A DNA stretch of 55,909 nt from IMG/VR virus record IMGVR_UViG_3300030106_007522, positions 1 to 55,909 of that record; one strand, written 5' to 3'. The position numbers and the translations under genes are program-made. Source of the stretch: a virus (Duplodnaviria > Caudoviricetes). Within the stretch, counting starts at the first letter, position 1; the number at the start of each line of letters is the position of its first letter. Positions 44,702 through 53,991 of this stretch are shown one piece after another. The notes under the pieces are model-generated. The model made no database searches, was not told the origin of the DNA, and was given only the letters and a program-made list of their open reading frames with translations.

Positions 44702-47362
44702 CTCATCGTTATAAATTTCACTTTCTGGCTCGTCCACAACCGGAGCAAGCTCATCATCGAATTTGTCGAAGTAAAGTTTCAAATTTGCCATCAAGTAATC
44801 GTAGAATAAATCACGATCTGTTGCTGCAGCAAGTTTTCGATAAGAGTCAACGATGTTGGTTTCAATACGTTCCCAAGTCATCATTGCAAAATTTCTTCCT
44901 GTCTCTTCTTGACCGTCAATGACGAAATCTTCTTCTTCCTCTTCTGGTTCTGCCTTTGCTTTTGGATCGATATCGATGAACTTTTCTGGTTCGCCCATTG
45001 TAATCTCAATATCTTCTTCTACATCACCGATGTCAAATGTATCTTCATCGGGAAGATCCAACGGCTTGACATCTCTGGAGTCTCTTGACACTGCACCGCC
45101 TGGGGCTAATGCATTTTGAACTGCCTTGAGGATGTGAGCACGGAAAGAGTCTCTCTGATCTTCTGAAGTTGTTAGGCTTTTATAATCTGGCTCGATAACA
45201 GGGATGATCTTTTTAAGAAGTGTTTCGAGCTCGTTGATACCTGTGCTCTTATAAGGTGCCTCTGCAACATCTTCACTGATCATGTCACGAATGGCAGCAC
45301 GAACAAGCTGTTCCTCTGTCATTGAGTTTTCGTATTTTCTTTGCAGCTTCTCACGAATTGTCTCACGCACTGCAAGCTCTTCAAGAAATGTTTTTCTGTC
45401 GATCATATATTCACTCATCTCGTCTTCCTCTTCTCTAATTAGTGTCTCCTCGTGGTTTGTTCTTCCACCACCTTGAACTGAGCCTCCGCCCATTGAAGAC
45501 ATTTCTTTGATATCTGCTTCGGTGTATACTGATCCCCGTGAAAGAATGTCTAGAACTGCTTGGACAGATACACCATCTGGAATAAAATCTTTTAATACCT
45601 CTATATCACCAGTTGCGATTGCATTTCTCATGTTGGTGGCGCTGAAATTTCCGTGTGGCTCTTTGGGCATCGGAACGACAGTTAGGTTTTTGTATTTTTC
45701 AAAAGGTTGAACAAAGTCTTTATTGAATCGGTCTTTGTCTCCAGGGTCTTTAGTACTCACACCGAGAGCAACAATAATACTCTTGTCAGTTTGACCAATG
45801 TCTTCTAGCTTACTGTGCAGATATTGCATCGGGTTTGTCTCACCCTCTCTCCAAATTGCAGGAACTTCTATTTTCCCAGTTAGACCTTCGTTTTCGATGT
45901 ATAAGTCAAAAATCTCTTTTGATGCATCCGGGCTTACTTCTAACTTACCCTCAACATCGGGCATATCAATAAATCTGATGCTGTTTGCACTTTGTGGATC
46001 TGAAATCAGAACAACCACTTTGCGTGCACTTTTTGCATAATCTTTCATCAGTTCGAAGTGACCCTTGTGAGGTGGCTTGAAAGAACCAGGAACATAAACA
46101 ACATCTGCCTGGATTTGACCTTCGTCTTCGTCAATCTTCATCGCAGGGACATCACCTCTACCATATCGGAATAATCCCAATAATTGATTGATAGGAGCGA
46201 AGTTTCCGGTGAATTTATAGGTCTTTCCATCATAAGTGAATACAAACCCCTCGGCAGCAGTAGAAACATTTTCTATGTCTTTAAGTTTCTTCATTTGCTT
46301 GACGAGAATCTCTGTAGCAGTTTCGTTGTCTGCACCTTTGATTGCCTGAATTGCTTTTGCAACTTCGTCTTTAAGTCTTTTAACTTCTTCTTCGTTGTCA
46401 ATGACGAATGCTGACTCTAAGCCTCTGAGCATTTCAACGGAGAAGTCATGAATGATATCTTCTAAAGGAAAAATAGCAGCAGAGATAATCTTCTTATCTC
46501 CTTTTACAATCTTTCTAACTTTTTCTTTCTGAGAAGGGTCATCAAGGAGTCTATAAATCTTGCTCAATGTAACACCAGGTACTTTAAGGATTCGTTTTGT
46601 GATTTCCCTCTTTACCTCGTCACTTAACCCAGAACCAGTTCGGCCGACGACATCTGTTATTCTTTTTACAAGAAAATCTGCAACAGTATTCTCTTCACCA
46701 AGACCTTCTCTGGACATTGCTCTGCGTAGTCTTTTGATCGATGCCGTTAGGACAGTATCATTCGACAGACCCCTTAAAGTTCTTACGGCATTCACTTGCA
46801 CAGAATAGTCTTCACCGGGCAGCAAAGCATTTGCATCTTGCAGAGCTTGTTCAAGTTTCTTTGCATTAGCTGTAACATCTTTGTCGTTGTTTGGTCTACC
46901 GGATTGTTTGTCGAATTCGGCATGCCCAACACGATGGATTGTCAACGACTTAGCATTATAATTGATAACGTTAGATGTTCTAGGATCTTGTACTTCTGCA
47001 TTAAACCAGATGTTAGCATCGGGTCCAAAGATTTCAATCTGAGTCTCCAACGAGAACAAATCTACTGCTCTTTCAAATGCAGCAAAAGACTCCGTAAAGG
47101 ATTTCTCCAAATCACCTCGTCCTGCAAACTTTGCAGCAAGACCAGCAGCATCCATGCCACCACTCTTGATGTTACCGAGATTCCTTGCAGCCTTTGCACG
47201 ACCGTCTTTCACGGAATAAGAAATAAAAATGTTTTGACCATCTGTCTTTTCTGTCCCAACGAGTTCTCCACTTGATGCTTTTGTTAAAACATCTTCAATC
47301 TCCCGAAACTTAAGTTCAGGATTATCATAGAGATGAGACATGTGCCCAGCTAAACCACCCAT
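44690..47362 (-). CDS. Multidomain protein: KxDG ligase-like (DUF6267-like) domain + HIGH-type nucleotidyltransferase + acidic C-terminal domain
   Basis: TEKTDGQN...AEGFVF...YKFTG, then PGSFKPPHKGH...FSATNMR, then an acidic helical tail. Confidence 0.65.
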   Translation of the reverse strand: MGGLAGHMSHLYDNPELKFREIEDVLTKASSGELVGTEKTDGQNIFISYSVKDGRAKAARNLGNIKSGGMDAAGLAAKFAGRGDLEKSFTESFAAFERAVDLFSLETQIEIFGPDANIWFNAEVQDPRTSNVINYNAKSLTIHRVGHAEFDKQSGRPNNDKDVTANAKKLEQALQDANALLPGEDYSVQVNAVRTLRGLSNDTVLTASIKRLRRAMSREGLGEENTVADFLVKRITDVVGRTGSGLSDEVKREITKRILKVPGVTLSKIYRLLDDPSQKEKVRKIVKGDKKIISAAIFPLEDIIHDFSVEMLRGLESAFVIDNEEEVKRLKDEVAKAIQAIKGADNETATEILVKQMKKLKDIENVSTAAEGFVFTYDGKTYKFTGNFAPINQLLGLFRYGRGDVPAMKIDEDEGQIQADVVYVPGSFKPPHKGHFELMKDYAKSARKVVVLISDPQSANSIRFIDMPDVEGKLEVSPDASKEIFDLYIENEGLTGKIEVPAIWREGETNPMQYLHSKLEDIGQTDKSIIVALGVSTKDPGDKDRFNKDFVQPFEKYKNLTVVPMPKEPHGNFSATNMRNAIATGDIEVLKDFIPDGVSVQAVLDILSRGSVYTEADIKEMSSMGGGSVQGGGRTNHEETLIREEEDEMSEYMIDRKTFLEELAVRETIREKLQRKYENSMTEEQLVRAAIRDMISEDVAEAPYKSTGINELETLLKKIIPVIEPDYKSLTTSEDQRDSFRAHILKAVQNALAPGGAVSRDSRDVKPLDLPDEDTFDIGDVEEDIEITMGEPEKFIDIDPKAKAEPEEEEEDFVIDGQEETGRNFAMMTWERIETNIVDSYRKLAAATDRDLFYDYLMANLKLYFDKFDDELAPVVDEPESEIYNDEKGV

Positions 47363-47364
47363 TC

Positions 47365-47619
47365 TTATTCCTCTTTTTTATTTTCTTCTAATACAGAAAG
47401 CTTTTCTTCGAGCATGGAAACCTTTTCCTGCAAAGAGGTAAAGTCTCTCGTCACTGCAGTTAAATGAGTTTTCATGTTCTCGATGAGAACTGCTTGTGAT
47501 TGAGAGGAAGGGCGAAGCTTAGCAAAGCCATCTCTCAGTGCACGAAGATATGCTCTTGTATTAATAGTTTTAGATTCCCCTAAAAGGAACCTCTTTGTCA
47601 TACCATCAAAATCAATCAT
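47365..47619 (-). CDS. Hypothetical coiled-coil protein
   Basis: 84 aa with a C-terminal heptad pattern. Closely packed between its neighbours. Confidence 0.6.
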   Translation of the reverse strand: MIDFDGMTKRFLLGESKTINTRAYLRALRDGFAKLRPSSQSQAVLIENMKTHLTAVTRDFTSLQEKVSMLEEKLSVLEENKKEE

Positions 47620-47624
47620 AAGTG

Positions 47625-47876
47625 TTAAGCAGATCTACTAGATCTTCTCCGTCTTCTTGGTTTCTCGTCAGCTTCTTCTGTGGTAGCTGCTTCTGCTGCT
47701 GCCTGAGCTTCTGCTGCGGCTTGAGCTTCTGCTGCTGCCTGTGCTTCTGCTGCTGCTTGAGCTGCTTCTGCTGCTGCCTTGGCACGTGCCAATTCTAATG
47801 CTGCTTGTGCATTTGTTTGCTCTTGTTCACTCTTCATTCTTAAGAGTCTTCTTCTTTTCTGTTTTGGACTAGTCAT
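47625..47876 (-). CDS. Small Ala-rich protein with Arg-rich ends
   Basis: PKQKRRRLLR...(AAAEAQ)n...KPRRRRRSSRS. AGGTGGTG RBS. Confidence 0.65.
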   Translation of the reverse strand: MTSPKQKRRRLLRMKSEQEQTNAQAALELARAKAAAEAAQAAAEAQAAAEAQAAAEAQAAAEAATTEEADEKPRRRRRSSRSA

Positions 47877-47904
47877 AATGTATCACCACCTTTCTTTTTG
47901 TATT

Positions 47905-48387
47905 TTACTGATCTGAGTCAGTATCTAAATCTTTTTTTTCGTCACCATCTTCTGGCGGTACTTCACCATCTTCTGGCGGTACTTCGATGTTGTGGACTTC
48001 TTTGAATGTGCTTTCAATGTCGTCACCAATATCGCCTACAAGTTTGGAAGCATCATCGCCCATATCTTTTAGTGTAGACAACACATCTTTAACTGCTTGT
48101 GCAAGAATACTGTCACTGAGATTTGGCAATTGGTTTTTAATTGCAGAAACAACCTTAGTTATTAGTTCCGCAACCTCCGGTCTTGTGTTCATCTTTTTTA
48201 AATCTTTTGCAACTGTAGTGTGGGCAAGTGCTTTATCTAACCCAGGAGTTTCATCTTCTTTCATTGGTTTACCAAATTTATCTGGTGGGTTTTTCTCGTC
48301 GTAATCACCCTCTTTTACTTTGATGCCCTGGTTTTCAAACAGTCTTGAAAAAAGCTTCTCGTTTCTTTCATTTAAAATCTTTTTCAT
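47905..48387 (-). CDS. Hypothetical acidic protein, possible internal head protein
   Basis: 160 aa. The leader RNEKLFSRLFE is shared with the 49168 gene. A 21-bp tandem duplication at 47942-47983 encodes EVPPEDG x2. Confidence 0.6.
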   Translation of the reverse strand: MKKILNERNEKLFSRLFENQGIKVKEGDYDEKNPPDKFGKPMKEDETPGLDKALAHTTVAKDLKKMNTRPEVAELITKVVSAIKNQLPNLSDSILAQAVKDVLSTLKDMGDDASKLVGDIGDDIESTFKEVHNIEVPPEDGEVPPEDGDEKKDLDTDSDQ

Positions 48388-48780
48388 TTATTGTCCCGCC
48401 TTTAGTTGGTCTTCGTAATCTCTAACACCCATACATCCTTCGAGGTATGCTTCCATTTCCATCTTTCGAAGATGTTCATCTTTTTGAGCATACCCCTCTT
48501 CTGTGGACATTGGTCCGGCAAATTCTCCTCGACAATTCTGGGCATGATGTACGAGCTCGTGAGAGAAACTGCGCAGAATATCTTTTGGGTGTCTTCCTGA
48601 AATGTAGAGGTGAACTTCCATGTTGTCTGGATCGTAATATGCGGTCTTTCCGAGTGGGTTTACTGCATTCTCCGCATCATCGTGCAGAAATACACGGCAA
48701 GGCTTGTCAAAACCAAACCTGCTTTTCGCATAAGGATAAAACCCTTGTATTAGACCGTGAATTGCTTTTTTGTCATGCAT
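48388..48780 (-). CDS. Zinc metallopeptidase-like protein (HExxH)
   Basis: DILRSFSHELVHHAQ...MEMEAY. Confidence 0.75.
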   Translation of the reverse strand: MHDKKAIHGLIQGFYPYAKSRFGFDKPCRVFLHDDAENAVNPLGKTAYYDPDNMEVHLYISGRHPKDILRSFSHELVHHAQNCRGEFAGPMSTEEGYAQKDEHLRKMEMEAYLEGCMGVRDYEDQLKAGQ

Positions 48781-48820
48781 AACTTCTAGTAAGTAGTATT
48801 ATAACATGCATTATGCTCTT

Positions 48821-49162
48821 TTAAAGGGCTATTTGAATTATGATGATGATAAGAGAAAGAAGAAGACAAAGAATTGTTTTTAGTGTAAGACCTTCAGACA
48901 TTAAAGTCCATGCCAAAAATGCAAAGATAATTGTGCCTGTTGAAAACCCAATAATTCTCATTGGCCATATCTTTCCACCGAAGTCATCGTATGCAAACTT
49001 TGATGCCATAATTGCAAGGTAACTTGACGGCACACCAAGAAGAGCAACGATGTAGGGATACTTTTTAAAGAAGTCCCAAAGAAACTGCCCGTTTACTTGA
49101 AACCAGAAAATAAGATGGCTTATGCAAACGAGCAGAAAGAATATTAAGATGTTCTTGGTCAC
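48821..49162 (-). CDS. Small four-TM membrane protein
   Basis: 113 aa with four hydrophobic segments; SMR/DMT-like size. Confidence 0.65.
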   Translation of the reverse strand: MTKNILIFFLLVCISHLIFWFQVNGQFLWDFFKKYPYIVALLGVPSSYLAIMASKFAYDDFGGKIWPMRIIGFSTGTIIFAFLAWTLMSEGLTLKTILCLLLSLIIIIIQIAL

Positions 49163-49167
49163 GAAGA

Positions 49168-49590
49168 TTACTTTCTTTTAGCTTGCTCAGATTCCGAGAC
49201 GATTTTACTACTTAACCACTTTTCAGTTTGTGTCATGTTCCCTATCTTATTTACCCACTCTTCTTTAGATGCCAAATAAGCGGGGATTTTTGTAAGTATG
49301 TTGTTGTAAGCATCGATCATTTCTTCAAAACCATCATCTTGCTCTTCTTCTTGCTTCCTTACAGCCACTTGTTGATATAGAACCTTTAAGCCCTCTGGGT
49401 TCTCTGGGTTCAAACTTATCAGCCTCTGCATGCTTTTCAGAACCGCTCGTTCATCAGACAACTCCGTTTGATAAATAATGTCGTCAATCTCTTCACGATC
49501 TTCCATTTCGTTGATGCTGGTGTTGGCAGACGTCGATTCTGTCAATCTGTTAAATAATCTTTCGTTTCTTTTATTAAAGTGCTTTCTCAT
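49168..49590 (-). CDS. Hypothetical protein, possible internal head protein
   Basis: The start at 49590 (MRKHFNKRNERLFNRLTES) follows GGAGG. Confidence 0.6.
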   Translation of the reverse strand: MRKHFNKRNERLFNRLTESTSANTSINEMEDREEIDDIIYQTELSDERAVLKSMQRLISLNPENPEGLKVLYQQVAVRKQEEEQDDGFEEMIDAYNNILTKIPAYLASKEEWVNKIGNMTQTEKWLSSKIVSESEQAKRK

Positions 49591-49594
49591 AATA

Positions 49595-52500
49595 TCACCC
49601 TCCCGGTGGTGCTGATTTTCCTGGTTTTGTGCTGACAACCTTCATTCCTTTTGGAATGCCTTTGTTTGGACCCTTGGTTGCTGCCTTGAGTGCTTTCTCT
49701 TGCCACTTCCTTGCTTTTATTTGATAGGGTTCCCTCTCATTGAGTGCATTAATTATAACATCTGTTACAATTTCTGTCAAGTCATTTTGTTTACTTTCCG
49801 CTCGAACTGGAGCACCGATTCGGGCACCAATAGGTGCACCGCGCTGGACAGCATCTTGTGGTGGTTCTGCCTTATCTTTTGCCCATCGCATTTCATCAGG
49901 GTTCATCTTGATATATCTTTCGAGGGCATCTCTCATAGCAATTTGAAAAAGTTTAAAGTTTCTATCAATTATTTTCATTCCCATGACCACATTATCCATT
50001 TCAGACTCGGTAAGTTTGCCGAGCTTCATGTCGATTTCTATTTTACACATTGTTTTGTAGGTAAAGAAATAACCAACGATGTCGTTTCTTGAAACAACAC
50101 CACGAAACATTTCGAAATATTCCTCGTCACCTTCGTCGAAGCCAGGAAGGTTTGGCTGTCTATCCATAACCTGACTCATTGTGATTAATGCTCTTCTTAA
50201 AATATAATCTTTATTCCTTGGTGTATCGCCGATGACAGACACCTCATCGTTCGCCAATTCTGCGGGAGGAGGAAAAGATAATCCTTGAAAGTTTATTTCC
50301 ATAAGTTCGTCGTCAAAGGCAACGAGAACATTTTTAAATTGTTCCTCGAATGCTTCTTGTCTGTCTGCTAAATCTTTTGGTTCAGGTTTATCGTTAGGAT
50401 CACCATATTCACCAGGTTCATCTTCGTCGTCTTGGTTAGCATGCTCGCCATCCCAAACATTAATCTCATCAGATAGTAGTTTATCATATTTCGTTAGAGG
50501 TAATGCACCGTATTCTACAAGAGCAACTTGCAACTTTGCTTTGAGCTCTTCATATCTGCCGTCGATGTTGTTGTCTACATCAGAGAAGAAGCCCTCTATT
50601 TCGTGCATAGAGTCTTCACCACGACTTTCGGTTGATGCCCATGAAGATAACCAGCCGCTGATTTCTAGTTTGATGGTGCTGTGTCCTGCATCATAATCTA
50701 CATTCTCGTTTTCGTCACCGTAACTGTCTTCTTGTCCACCGACTTTCATGTTAGTTATGTCGCTAAACACCGATTGGATTGCTTCGTTATCGTAAATGTC
50801 ATCAACAGGAGTAAATTTGTTGGGATCAAAACTGTAAACGAATGCTACATTAAAACCAGCATTCAGATTTGTGGAATCATAATCGTCCTCGACATCTCCG
50901 TGGATCTTTACTTGCGGGTTGTCGAATCTGCGTTCATAATCCTTTACCAAGTTCTCCATCGCTTCGTCAAAATCGAAATGCTCATAGTTGAACACTGCTT
51001 CGAATCTATCTTCAAAACCGTTGTCTCTGAGCACATCTTTTAATTTGTCGTGAAGTCTTTCAAACTCTTCTCCTCGAACGGGAGTATCTTCTACATCCAT
51101 AAATTGTGGGCAGTCATCGCAACCAAAGGCGAATTGGAATCTGTCGCCGTGTTGGATTATACGACCAGTGCTATCTTTTTCTGCGGGAGTGTGAATAAAA
51201 AATAAAGGATCATCTTCACCGTTATAATATGTATCGAAGTAATTCAATCCAGGAGCAGCTGTGCACCAGTTTGTTTTCTTACCGAGCAAACAGGCAGCAC
51301 CTTTGTTGTGTGCCGCAGCGATAACCCAACCGTCTTTGCTGAATCTAAATAATGGAATACCTTCTTCGTCTCGCATGATGTCGCCGTTCTCATCTCTCTT
51401 GAAACCACCTGCAAAGAACTCAGTTCCAGCACCAGCATCGGCACCCATCTTCTTGTCGTTCTCGGCATCAATTGATGCTTGTGCAGCATCAACAACTTTG
51501 TTTAAGTCGTCTGCAGTTTGGAGTTGGTTTAAATCCTTCACCTTCATGTGACGGTTATGTTGGAAGAACTTTTCCATGTTTTGTTTGATGGCTCGCGAAA
51601 TGCTCTGCCATTGACGGTGAGGGTCGTCACCTAAGAGCATAGCAGTCTTTTCTTTATCCTTCTTCAAGAGGCGGAGCATCCACATGATACCGAGTGCTCT
51701 TCTTTTTTCAATTTCTTTTTCTTTCCCGATTGGGTCCATGCTTGGATCGTTTGCAACTTCGCCAGGAAGCACATCGTGGGGAACAGTAGTCATAATCGTA
51801 TTTCTAATCGTTGTAACGAGCTTGGACATATTGTCCATTGGATCTTTGCCTTGGTCGAAGTTAAAACTCTTGACGAGCTTCTGTGCAGGCTTGCCAGTCA
51901 GCGATGCCTGTGCTTGTTCGTAATCAACTTCCAAGAGGAGTTCTTCTCCCATTAGTTTTGCTAAAATCTTTTCTTCTAATGACATTGCTTGTCTCTCCTC
52001 TGGCAAATGAGCCATGATGTCGTCTACATTCTTCTCAGTCTCTGCCTTTTCTTCTTCTGGTGATTTGCGAGGGTTCTGTTCCATCCATCGCTTTGCCATG
52101 AACTGGAATTCTTCCCAAGCCTGCTCTTTAACTTTTTGTATGCCGTCTTCCATGAAGTTGCGAATATCGCCAACGACGTTCAACATAGTTTCATCGAGTC
52201 CGCCTTCGTCAATAACACCAACAGTGTCTCTTATCTTCACCATCATTCGCAGATCCATAAAGATAAATCTCTGTTTCGTTACAGGTCCGACATATTCAAT
52301 ATCCGCCTCTGGTGCAGGTGCTTTTGTATCGTCCTTGGGTCGTCTTTGAAAAATGGTGTCTGCTCTTGACTTCCCCGGTTCTTCGCCGAACTCATTCTGA
52401 AGTTTTTTAGTATATTTTTCCTTGGCAGCATCAAAAGATTTAAATGTTTCATTCACCATTGTTGCTGCTGGTCGCCACAGTTGCATGTTGTTCCTGAGCA

Positions 52501-53704
52501 TGTCTTTGAAATTTTGCAGTCTTCCTCTGTCGTTTCCTCGGAATGTTCTGTCTTTCGTCATTTTTTCATACCCGCCAATTTCGTCGGGAATAGGAAAATA
52601 AAAATTAGCAGTAAAAGGAATAACCATTTCACCAGGTTCGACTCTGTAATTCTTTAATGTCCCGTAAGCAACGGGAGCTCTTGATGCCTTCTCAGGATCG
52701 TCAAAGAAGTTGGGCTTCAAGTTATCGTGGTAGTTGGACTCAAGGGCGTCGTTCAAAGAATCAACTGCACCCTTAATCTTGTTCATTCTGTCTCTAACAG
52801 GATTTGGGTTCTCTTTCATATCGGCATCGATTGCATCTTCGACAGCACCAAAGACATCAAGCCCTTCTTTGGCATCAATACCCCATGTCGGCATAATGAA
52901 AGAGATAAGATCTTTGAGTTCGATGTCTTTGTCTTGGGCATCGTACATCTTGCTTCTGTAACCTTCGGGATGCATAACAATTGCAACCTTATCAAAACGA
53001 GTTCTCTCTTGTCTCTGACCTTTTTCTTTTTCCTTTTCGGGCTTCTCTTCTCGACCAATGTATGGGAGAAGTTTGTGGTAATAATCAATAACGTTGTTTA
53101 CTCTGCCAGTGGCATATTCTCTTCTTCGTTCTTGAGATTGGAAAGCATCTGCTACCTCTGCCATCATATCGACTGCAGTCTTCACCATCCATTCAAGATA
53201 TTTGTTTTTGCCTGAAGGATCTTTGAAAGCCCTGATATCCCATTCTGGATATTTCTTTTGTAAGTCTTGGACCTTGCCTTCGAACAAGTCATCAAGCTGA
53301 TTGTGGAAATCTTCTTTCTCGGCATCAACAATATCCCAATCGACATCAACCTTTTTCGGGAGAACATAATAAAGAGTCATTCCCCAACGGTTATAATAAC
53401 GATTGAATTGATTATCTTCAGATGCAGCAGTGCACCACTTTGTTCCAGCACCGTAGAGGCAAGATGCTCTCGTGGACATAGGAACAATGATTTGGAATTT
53501 ATCACTTACTGTTGGGAGTTTGCGATACTCGTCGCCAGGAATGTTCTTTGCCAGCTTCTTGTCGTCAGCAACCTTCTTTGCAGATTGTGCTTTTTGAACA
53601 GCGGCTTGCATGTCCTCAAAGGACAGAGTTGTATGGTCCTTGGGATTTGGCTTCTTTGCTTTTTCAGCTAATTTATTGTAGATTAGTTCTTCAAGATTTT
53701 TCAT
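49595..53704 (-). CDS. Large acidic protein with two copies of an AxCxxGxxTxWCTA domain
   Basis: 1369 aa. ASCLYGAGTKWCTAA...FNRYY and AACLLGKKTNWCTAA...FDTYY. Confidence 0.7.
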   Translation of the reverse strand: MKNLEELIYNKLAEKAKKPNPKDHTTLSFEDMQAAVQKAQSAKKVADDKKLAKNIPGDEYRKLPTVSDKFQIIVPMSTRASCLYGAGTKWCTAASEDNQFNRYYNRWGMTLYYVLPKKVDVDWDIVDAEKEDFHNQLDDLFEGKVQDLQKKYPEWDIRAFKDPSGKNKYLEWMVKTAVDMMAEVADAFQSQERRREYATGRVNNVIDYYHKLLPYIGREEKPEKEKEKGQRQERTRFDKVAIVMHPEGYRSKMYDAQDKDIELKDLISFIMPTWGIDAKEGLDVFGAVEDAIDADMKENPNPVRDRMNKIKGAVDSLNDALESNYHDNLKPNFFDDPEKASRAPVAYGTLKNYRVEPGEMVIPFTANFYFPIPDEIGGYEKMTKDRTFRGNDRGRLQNFKDMLRNNMQLWRPAATMVNETFKSFDAAKEKYTKKLQNEFGEEPGKSRADTIFQRRPKDDTKAPAPEADIEYVGPVTKQRFIFMDLRMMVKIRDTVGVIDEGGLDETMLNVVGDIRNFMEDGIQKVKEQAWEEFQFMAKRWMEQNPRKSPEEEKAETEKNVDDIMAHLPEERQAMSLEEKILAKLMGEELLLEVDYEQAQASLTGKPAQKLVKSFNFDQGKDPMDNMSKLVTTIRNTIMTTVPHDVLPGEVANDPSMDPIGKEKEIEKRRALGIMWMLRLLKKDKEKTAMLLGDDPHRQWQSISRAIKQNMEKFFQHNRHMKVKDLNQLQTADDLNKVVDAAQASIDAENDKKMGADAGAGTEFFAGGFKRDENGDIMRDEEGIPLFRFSKDGWVIAAAHNKGAACLLGKKTNWCTAAPGLNYFDTYYNGEDDPLFFIHTPAEKDSTGRIIQHGDRFQFAFGCDDCPQFMDVEDTPVRGEEFERLHDKLKDVLRDNGFEDRFEAVFNYEHFDFDEAMENLVKDYERRFDNPQVKIHGDVEDDYDSTNLNAGFNVAFVYSFDPNKFTPVDDIYDNEAIQSVFSDITNMKVGGQEDSYGDENENVDYDAGHSTIKLEISGWLSSWASTESRGEDSMHEIEGFFSDVDNNIDGRYEELKAKLQVALVEYGALPLTKYDKLLSDEINVWDGEHANQDDEDEPGEYGDPNDKPEPKDLADRQEAFEEQFKNVLVAFDDELMEINFQGLSFPPPAELANDEVSVIGDTPRNKDYILRRALITMSQVMDRQPNLPGFDEGDEEYFEMFRGVVSRNDIVGYFFTYKTMCKIEIDMKLGKLTESEMDNVVMGMKIIDRNFKLFQIAMRDALERYIKMNPDEMRWAKDKAEPPQDAVQRGAPIGARIGAPVRAESKQNDLTEIVTDVIINALNEREPYQIKARKWQEKALKAATKGPNKGIPKGMKVVSTKPGKSAPPGG

Positions 53705-53760
53705 ATTGGTCCATTATAACATAAAAAAACATTGTTTTTATACTATAAATAGACTTTTCT

Positions 53761-53991
53761 TTATGAAAGAACCTTTAAATGTTTTTCGTTGACGAAGCAC
53801 GTATAGCCGTCGGTTGAAACAGGGAAGTCTGGGGCGGGTGTCCAATGGACTTTCATCATTCGGATACCACTAACCTGAACAGGGAACTCGCCAATCACAA
53901 CACCAAGTCTGCAGAGGTCTTTGTCTTTATCTATAAAAAGTATTTCTTCAACCAAGGCGCCAATCTCAAGTGAACCAGTCTGAATCATCAT
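53761..53991 (-). CDS. Small hypothetical protein, SH3-like beta fold
   Basis: LEIGALVE...LGVVIG...KVHW...HLKVLS. Likely start after GGAG; same pattern as the 41403 gene. Confidence 0.5.
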   Translation of the reverse strand: MMIQTGSLEIGALVEEILFIDKDKDLCRLGVVIGEFPVQVSGIRMMKVHWTPAPDFPVSTDGYTCFVNEKHLKVLS

